Shown in pieces: positions 26,354 to 32,000 of a stretch of DNA of 32,000 nt. The translations under genes were made by a program, and so were the position numbers. The notes below the pieces were generated by a model, which saw only the letters and a program-made list of their open reading frames with translations, was not told where the DNA came from and ran no database searches. This DNA comes from Candidatus Nitrosopumilus koreensis AR1 (GTDB taxonomy: Archaea > Thermoproteota > Nitrososphaeria > Nitrososphaerales > Nitrosopumilaceae): the NCBI RefSeq assembly GCF_000299365.1, contig NC_018655.1, positions 780,001 to 812,000 on the forward strand, in the 5' to 3' direction. The first letter of the stretch is position 1. Every line of letters begins with the position of its first letter.

Positions 26354-27439
26354 ATGTTGAAAATTAAACATGTATTGTTTTTGATGTTTGGGGTAACAAG
26401 CTTCATAATTTTCTACATGGGTTTTTTGAACTACATTACAACATCAGATCAGTTAATGGGAACAATAATGTTAGTATTTTCAGGAATTGTGTCCATAGGT
26501 GTATTAATTGGAACATTTTATGTGTCAAGAAAGATAACAAAGCCAATAGAAATAGTCATTGAAAAAATGAATGAATTTTCATCAACAAACAAAGTAGATG
26601 AAAGTTTTATGTCTCATAATGGAATAAAAGAATTACATTTTCTTCATGATAATTTTAAAAACATGACAGGAATGGTATCAGACACAATAAAGAAAGAAAG
26701 GAAATTGAACAAACAACTACAAGAGATGGACAAACGCAAAGTGGAATTCATGTCCATGGTTTCACATGAATTAAAAACACCAATAATGCCAATTTTAGGA
26801 TATGTTCAATTATTAAAAAAAGAAGAGCTGTTGGGAAAATTAAATTCGCAACAACTAGATGCGGTTAATGAAATTGATCTTGCAATTACACGGTTACAAA
26901 AACTTGTTCAAGATGTCTTAACTGTTCAAAAAATAGATTTAGAAAAACTCATCATTACAAATACTCTGATAGATTCAGAGAAAATAGTCAATACTGTTTA
27001 TAACGCATTTTTGCCAATATGCAACATTAGAGGGATCAGACTGGAGAAAAGTATTTCCCAAAATCATAGATTATTCTCAGATCCAGATAGAATCAATCAG
27101 GTATTTTCTAACCTAATATCAAACGCCATGGAATTTCTTCCCAAAGACAATGCACATATAGAAATCGGAGCACGTGATGAAAATAACAAAGTATTGTTTT
27201 TTGTAAAAGATAATGGCATGGGAATTTCCAAAGAAGAACAAAAAAATATTTTCAAAAAATTTTATCAAATAGATGCGACATCAAAGAGAAAAAAAGAAGG
27301 AAGCGGTTTAGGGCTAGCTATATGTGAAGGGATCGTGAAAAAGCTAGGTGGAAAAATTGGAGTAAAAAGTGACATTGAAAAAGGAACTATGTTTTACTTT
27401 ACATTGCCAAAAGAAGAGATTCCACTACAAAATTTCTAA
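26354..27439 (+). CDS. Membrane sensor histidine kinase (HAMP-HisKA-HATPase)
   Basis: Two TM segments, FMSMVSHELKTPIMPILGYVQLL, VFSNLISNAMEF, DNGMGI and GSGLGLAICEGI. Confidence 0.95.
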   Translation: MLKIKHVLFLMFGVTSFIIFYMGFLNYITTSDQLMGTIMLVFSGIVSIGVLIGTFYVSRKITKPIEIVIEKMNEFSSTNKVDESFMSHNGIKELHFLHDNFKNMTGMVSDTIKKERKLNKQLQEMDKRKVEFMSMVSHELKTPIMPILGYVQLLKKEELLGKLNSQQLDAVNEIDLAITRLQKLVQDVLTVQKIDLEKLIITNTLIDSEKIVNTVYNAFLPICNIRGIRLEKSISQNHRLFSDPDRINQVFSNLISNAMEFLPKDNAHIEIGARDENNKVLFFVKDNGMGISKEEQKNIFKKFYQIDATSKRKKEGSGLGLAICEGIVKKLGGKIGVKSDIEKGTMFYFTLPKEEIPLQNF

Positions 27440-27514
27440 TTTTAATAAAACTTACTATGTTTAAACATGGAAAAATCGTACGCGTGTTTTAAATGAAAAA
27501 ATGATAATTCATCA

Positions 27515-28096
27515 TTGTTGAGAAAACCAGTAAACATTGCAATCATGTTAGTGCTTTTTTCAATAATCACTGCCTTAAACATTGATCAATCTTTTGCAGA
27601 TTCAATTGACAATTTGGCAGATTTTGTCGATCCAAACAAAGATCCTCAATATTATTTGGATAGATATTACAATGAACCAAAATACAAATCATGGTTTGAC
27701 AAAAACTACCCTGATATTACCATAGAAGCTGCAGTAGGAATAAACAATGAAGAAAACACAATAGATTCAATTTTAGAAAAAAAGATAATTCAGGAAGCTG
27801 ATGCAGCCCTAGTTCATCAAGATACAACACAAAAAAATAATTCAGAGACTGCACAAATGATTCTTGCAATAGGAGGATTAGGAATACTTTTTGGAGCAGT
27901 ATATGGAGTAAAGAAAAAAGTCAACGACAATACAAGACAGATTTCTATCAACAAAGAAACCATAAAAAACAGAATCATAAAACCAATTACAAGATCAAAC
28001 CCACTTGAAATAATTCAAATTAGATTGGCAAAAGGGGAAATAACAATAGAAGAGTTTGAAAGATTAGAGAGTAAACTGAGTAAAAATACTAGGTAG
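27515..28096 (+). CDS. Secreted/membrane protein with C-terminal SHOCT-like motif
   Basis: N-terminal signal peptide, mid TM MILAIGGLGILFGAVYGV, C-terminal PLEIIQIRLAKGEITIEEFERLESKL. Confidence 0.75.
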   Translation: MLRKPVNIAIMLVLFSIITALNIDQSFADSIDNLADFVDPNKDPQYYLDRYYNEPKYKSWFDKNYPDITIEAAVGINNEENTIDSILEKKIIQEADAALVHQDTTQKNNSETAQMILAIGGLGILFGAVYGVKKKVNDNTRQISINKETIKNRIIKPITRSNPLEIIQIRLAKGEITIEEFERLESKLSKNTR

Positions 28097-29441
28097 TTAT
28101 TCCCAAATGTTTCTTTGAAGATTCTCCAATCTTGCCACTTTTAAGAGATTCAAAGAATGTTTCAATCATTTTAATTCCTGAAACTATCTTAGGGGCATTA
28201 TTTTCTACAAATGTTATTTTTTCAGAGGGAGTTTTTGGTTTTTGTTCTTGATAATTTTTGTATACTTTGGTACCATCATAATCTACATATGCAATTCTAG
28301 CACTGAAATCTGTTCTCTCTAAAACTAAACTATCGCCACCAACTATGGCTGTGTGATAAGGATGAACTATTAGTGATTCTGAAAGTTTTTGAGAAGTGTT
28401 AATTTTTGCAGCATCTAAATCAGGAGCATAGTAATTAAAATCAGCTAAGAGATAAAATGTTGCATCAGGTTTGGTTGCTTTTACACCATGAATTGCAGAT
28501 AATGCATCATATGAATACTCTCCCATAATTTTATGAATATTTCGAGTAATCTCAAAATACTCATTCATCTCATCACTAATTTCAAATCCAGAAATTGCTG
28601 CATTTTGTATTGGTGTAGATACAGCAGTAAACTCTGTTGCAAGAATTTTTTTAAATTGGATTTTAAGATCAATGGCATGTTGTGGAAAAATAACATAACC
28701 CAAACGATATCCGCCAGCTGCATGTGATTTAGATAACCCATTTGTCACAAATGTTCCTTCAGGATAGATTTTTCCCATACTAACAAATTTTGAAAAATCA
28801 TAAGTTGTTTGGGCGTAGATCTCATCAGAAATTACGCAAATATTTTGCTCTCTGCACACATCAGCAATTTCTTCTAATTCTAATTTGTCATATAATAGAC
28901 CTGTAGGGTTGTTGGGGTTGTTTAAAATCAGAATTTTTTGTCTATCTTGTAATCTAAGGGCAAGTTTTCTTAAATCACTTGGAGAAATTTTTCTATTAGC
29001 ACGAGTTGGAAGCATATGATAATTTTTCTTCAAGAAACGAATTTGCGGCAAATACCCCAGCCATGCAGGGGTTGGCAGAATAACAGTTCCATGCAATATT
29101 TCTAATAAATTAAAAATCAGTTCTTTTGTACCAGGGCCAATGTAAATTCTCTGAGGGTCAACATCCATTCCAAAATAATGTTTGTTGTATTTTGAAATAG
29201 CATTACGTAATTCAGGTAAACCTGACACAGCAGCATATGCACCTTTAGATGCACTAGCAATCAAAGCATCTTGTATTTTTTGAGGTACTGGGAAAGGAGA
29301 TTGGCCAAAAGCAAAACCGTAATATCCAAAACTGCATTCAGGATGAGGGCAATTTGAGTGAAATTCTTGTAAAAATGTATTTAATTTGAGATTTTCAGGC
29401 ATCTCAATGTCTTCAACTTGTTGGTCAACAATGAATTTCAT
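28089..29441 (-). CDS. Pyridoxal-phosphate-dependent aminotransferase class I/II
   Basis: ILNNPNNPTGLLY, CVISDEIYAQTTYD and TNGLSKSHAAGGYRLGY (PLP lysine region). Confidence 0.93.
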   Translation of the reverse strand: MKFIVDQQVEDIEMPENLKLNTFLQEFHSNCPHPECSFGYYGFAFGQSPFPVPQKIQDALIASASKGAYAAVSGLPELRNAISKYNKHYFGMDVDPQRIYIGPGTKELIFNLLEILHGTVILPTPAWLGYLPQIRFLKKNYHMLPTRANRKISPSDLRKLALRLQDRQKILILNNPNNPTGLLYDKLELEEIADVCREQNICVISDEIYAQTTYDFSKFVSMGKIYPEGTFVTNGLSKSHAAGGYRLGYVIFPQHAIDLKIQFKKILATEFTAVSTPIQNAAISGFEISDEMNEYFEITRNIHKIMGEYSYDALSAIHGVKATKPDATFYLLADFNYYAPDLDAAKINTSQKLSESLIVHPYHTAIVGGDSLVLERTDFSARIAYVDYDGTKVYKNYQEQKPKTPSEKITFVENNAPKIVSGIKMIETFFESLKSGKIGESSKKHLGITT

Positions 29442-29511
29442 TACTATTAGTTATTTTGAAGGGATTAAGACATTATGCGTAAAATAGAGGATATCAAAAA
29501 GTGAGATTTTA

Positions 29512-31437
29512 TCAACCTAGTTTGGAAACTTCATCCAAAATCTGAGGGTTTTCAAGAGAGGACAAATCTCCTAGATCATTTCCAAGTAATTTGGATTTTA
29601 ACAGCCGACGCATAATTTTACCTGTTCTAGTTTTTGGTAAATCAGATAATTGAAAAACAAATTTGGGTTTTGCTAATTTGCCAATTTTTTCACTTATAAA
29701 ATCAGACACTTCAGATTCCAAACCAAAATCATTTTTGTTATCTGTTACAAAAAAAACAACAATTGCCTCTCCAGTTAAATCATCAGGAATTGCAACCGAT
29801 GCAGCATCAGAAATTTTTTCATGAGACATCACAGTATGTTCAATTTCGGCAGTACTCATACGATGACCAGAAACGTTGATGACGTCATCAGTTCTTCCCC
29901 GCATATACCAGAGATTATCATTATCAACAAAAACATAATCTCCATGAAACCAAATATTTTCAAACCTAGACCAATATGTTTCAAGGAATCGTTTATTGTC
30001 ATTTAATAATCCTCTGGTCATTCCTGGCCAAGGAGATCGTATGATTAAATAACCATTTTTGTTTTTGACAGAATTCCCATCATCATCTACCACATCAAGA
30101 TCTATCCCAGGAACTGGAATGCCAACAGTAGAGGGTTTTAATTTCATTCCAGGAAAAACAGACAACATTGCACCACCTATCTCAGTACCCCCAGACAGAT
30201 TCATAATCGGGATTTTTTTATTTCCAACTTTTTCAAACAGCCACCACCAAGAATCTTCATCAAGAGGTTCTCCAGTTGTAGGTATGTTCTTGATTTTGTC
30301 AAGTGAGAAATTTTTTAATGGTTCTTCATTATTTTTTTTAAACAGTCTTGTTGCAGTAGGAGATATGCCAAAAATTGTTGCATTATAATTTGAAAGAATC
30401 TTCCACACTCTGTCAGAACTTGGAAAATCTAATGCCCCATCATATATCACAGAACTAGCACCCATAATCAGCAAGCCATAAACATTCCACACCAGACCTG
30501 TTATCCACCCAATGTCTGCTGGCCAAAACAACACATCTTGTGCCTGCAAGTCAATAAGATATGCTGCCTGATGACCAGCAAATACAGAAAAACCCCCATG
30601 AACATGTACAACCCCCTTGGGTTTTCCAGTAGTTCCAGAGGTGTATAAAATAAAGAGTGAATCTTCAGAATCCATTACTTCAGTGTGGCAAACCGAATCT
30701 TGAGATTCGGTCAGTTCATCATAAAAAACAATATTTTCAGATTTTTCATATTTGTCAATTCCTTTGTAGTTTACCACAATTGTTTTTTCAACCTTAGTTT
30801 GCAAAATTGCATTTTCCATAGGTTCTTTTTGAGAAATTGGTTTTCCTTTTCTCACAAAGCCATCTGAAACAAAAAGAATTTTTGCATTACAATCTTGCAA
30901 TCTAACATGTAATGATTCAGTACTATATCCTGAAAAAATTACAGTTTGTATTGCTCCGATTTTGGCAGATGCTAAAATTGCCAAAATTGCCTCTTCAATC
31001 ATTGGAAGATAAATCGCTACAACATCACCCCTTCCCACACCAAGAGATTTTAAGCCATTAGCAAGTTTTGAAACTTTTTCATCTAGTTGCAAGTAAGATA
31101 ATTCTGAAGTGGCCTCATCTTCTGAAATAAAATAATACGCAATTTTATTTGGAGTTGTTTTTGCAAATTTTTCAACAGTTGATTTGTAGATATTTGTTTT
31201 ACCATTTACAAACCATTTTGAATGTGCGATTCCTTTTGAAGAATCAAGTATTTTCTCATATGGAGAATCCCAAACAACCCCAATATCCTTATCAACTTCA
31301 CTCCAAAACCATTCCAATTCATTTTTTGCTTTATTTGACAGTTCAGTTAATGATGAAATTCCATGTTTCTGCATAAAATGAAAGATGTTAGATTCTTCAA
31401 CTTGTTTTTGTGTTGGTATGAATTCAAAATCAGACAA
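29512..31437 (-). CDS. AMP-forming acyl-CoA synthetase (acetate/propionate-CoA ligase family)
   Basis: FILYTSGTTGKPKGVVHVHGG, FWPADIGWITG, WFHGDYV and GRTDDVINVSGHRMSTAEIE; C-terminal PKTRTGKIMRRLL. Confidence 0.93.
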   Translation of the reverse strand: MSDFEFIPTQKQVEESNIFHFMQKHGISSLTELSNKAKNELEWFWSEVDKDIGVVWDSPYEKILDSSKGIAHSKWFVNGKTNIYKSTVEKFAKTTPNKIAYYFISEDEATSELSYLQLDEKVSKLANGLKSLGVGRGDVVAIYLPMIEEAILAILASAKIGAIQTVIFSGYSTESLHVRLQDCNAKILFVSDGFVRKGKPISQKEPMENAILQTKVEKTIVVNYKGIDKYEKSENIVFYDELTESQDSVCHTEVMDSEDSLFILYTSGTTGKPKGVVHVHGGFSVFAGHQAAYLIDLQAQDVLFWPADIGWITGLVWNVYGLLIMGASSVIYDGALDFPSSDRVWKILSNYNATIFGISPTATRLFKKNNEEPLKNFSLDKIKNIPTTGEPLDEDSWWWLFEKVGNKKIPIMNLSGGTEIGGAMLSVFPGMKLKPSTVGIPVPGIDLDVVDDDGNSVKNKNGYLIIRSPWPGMTRGLLNDNKRFLETYWSRFENIWFHGDYVFVDNDNLWYMRGRTDDVINVSGHRMSTAEIEHTVMSHEKISDAASVAIPDDLTGEAIVVFFVTDNKNDFGLESEVSDFISEKIGKLAKPKFVFQLSDLPKTRTGKIMRRLLKSKLLGNDLGDLSSLENPQILDEVSKLG

Positions 31438-31480
31438 GATTCAATTTTTACAATAAAACAGACTGTAAAAAGATTTTAGA

Positions 31481-31744
31481 TTAAGAAATATCAATTCCGA
31501 GACGTCTGGCACAGGCAATTGCTGCTTTTCCATGATCTTCAGTGATTCCAAATTTTTGAAGTTCTTTAGTTATTTTTGTCCCAGAGAACAAGGTATTTTC
31601 ATAATAATATTGGCGCAAAATCACGCCTACATGTTCATCTAACCTCTTACGAGTGGCATCATTCATGCCTGCTTGAAGTATCGTAGCATCAGATGTTGCC
31701 AAGATTTTGATAAATTCTATATCCTCAAGTGAAATCTCAGACAT
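31481..31744 (-). CDS. Conserved hypothetical protein
   Basis: Complete ORF of 87 aa, two nt after the gatB stop. Confidence 0.7.
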   Translation of the reverse strand: MSEISLEDIEFIKILATSDATILQAGMNDATRKRLDEHVGVILRQYYYENTLFSGTKITKELQKFGITEDHGKAAIACARRLGIDIS

Positions 31745-31746
31745 GC

Positions 31747-32000
31747 CTATCCAATCTGTTTTTTTAACAAATCCAATGTAAGTTGAGGATCTGCCTTTCC
31801 TTTTGTTTTTTGCATGACTTTTCCTACAAGATAATTTATTGTCTGGGGATTTGATTTTGCTTGTTCTACTGCCTGTGATTCCTCAGAAATCACATCTTTA
31901 ATGATTGTAATTAATTCAGATTCGTCAGAAACATTTCCTAAATCTAAATCAGATATTACTTGTGAAAGTTCTTTTCCAGTTTTTACAATTTCATGTAATG
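31747..32000 (-). CDS. gatB: Asp/Glu-tRNA amidotransferase subunit B, C-terminal part (5' end beyond window)
   Basis: Hand translation of minus strand: ...IIKDVISEESQAVEQAKSNPQTINYLVGKVMQKTKGKADPQLTLDLLKKQIG*, the GatB/YqeY tail signature. Confidence 0.88.
   Translation of the reverse strand, partial: LHEIVKTGKELSQVISDLDLGNVSDESELITIIKDVISEESQAVEQAKSNPQTINYLVGKVMQKTKGKADPQLTLDLLKKQIG

Noticed and set aside
8307-27439. Locus as a canonical archaellum (arl/fla) operon
   Set aside because: No ArlCDE, ArlF or ArlG and no clear ArlH were seen. Only pilin, ArlI-like, ArlJ-like and peptidase components are present, so a pilus-like system is safer.
27500-27516. AATGAT-N5-ATCATT inverted repeat overlapping the start of the SHOCT-like gene
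   Set aside because: Short arms in AT-rich sequence, easily due to chance; no further support.
1-32000. Transposon, integrase, prophage or toxin-antitoxin content
   Set aside because: No recognisable transposase, integrase, phage structural or toxin motifs found in any listed ORF; locus looks like stable chromosome.

Overview
AT-rich archaeal window whose gene content and style fit an ammonia-oxidising Nitrososphaeria/Nitrosopumilus-like chromosome; no database search was run. The flanks are housekeeping or metabolic: class III nucleotide cyclase 3' end, VOC protein, Lrp-type RAM domains, tRNA-Phe, TPR protein, PduO-type adenosyltransferase, HD phosphohydrolase, TIGR00300/ornithine-cyclodeaminase-like enzyme, aminotransferase, AMP-forming acyl-CoA synthetase and the gatB 3' end. 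The centre (about 8.3-27.4 kb) is a two-armed type IV pilus-like surface-filament locus. The right arm carries MoxR AAA+ and VWA proteins, an abundant-type pilin, a VirB11/ArlI-like ATPase, an ArlJ/TadC-like membrane protein, a giant secreted surface protein and a prepilin peptidase. The left arm carries an unknown cytosolic protein, a short pilin-like protein, an 828-aa pilin-signal/LamG protein, two unknown coiled-coil proteins, a TrmB-like regulator and a KaiC-like ATPase. A second TrmB paralogue and a response regulator/histidine kinase pair follow. Archaeal type IV pili are known in general, so novelty rests on the LamG 'giant pilin', the MoxR-VWA coupling and the unknown accessory genes. 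Two genes appear to use non-canonical start codons (CTG at 19743, ATA at 3017), each placed behind a strong Shine-Dalgarno. An unlisted 48-aa cysteine-containing small ORF was found at 493-639 (-). No CRISPR array or transposon was seen.
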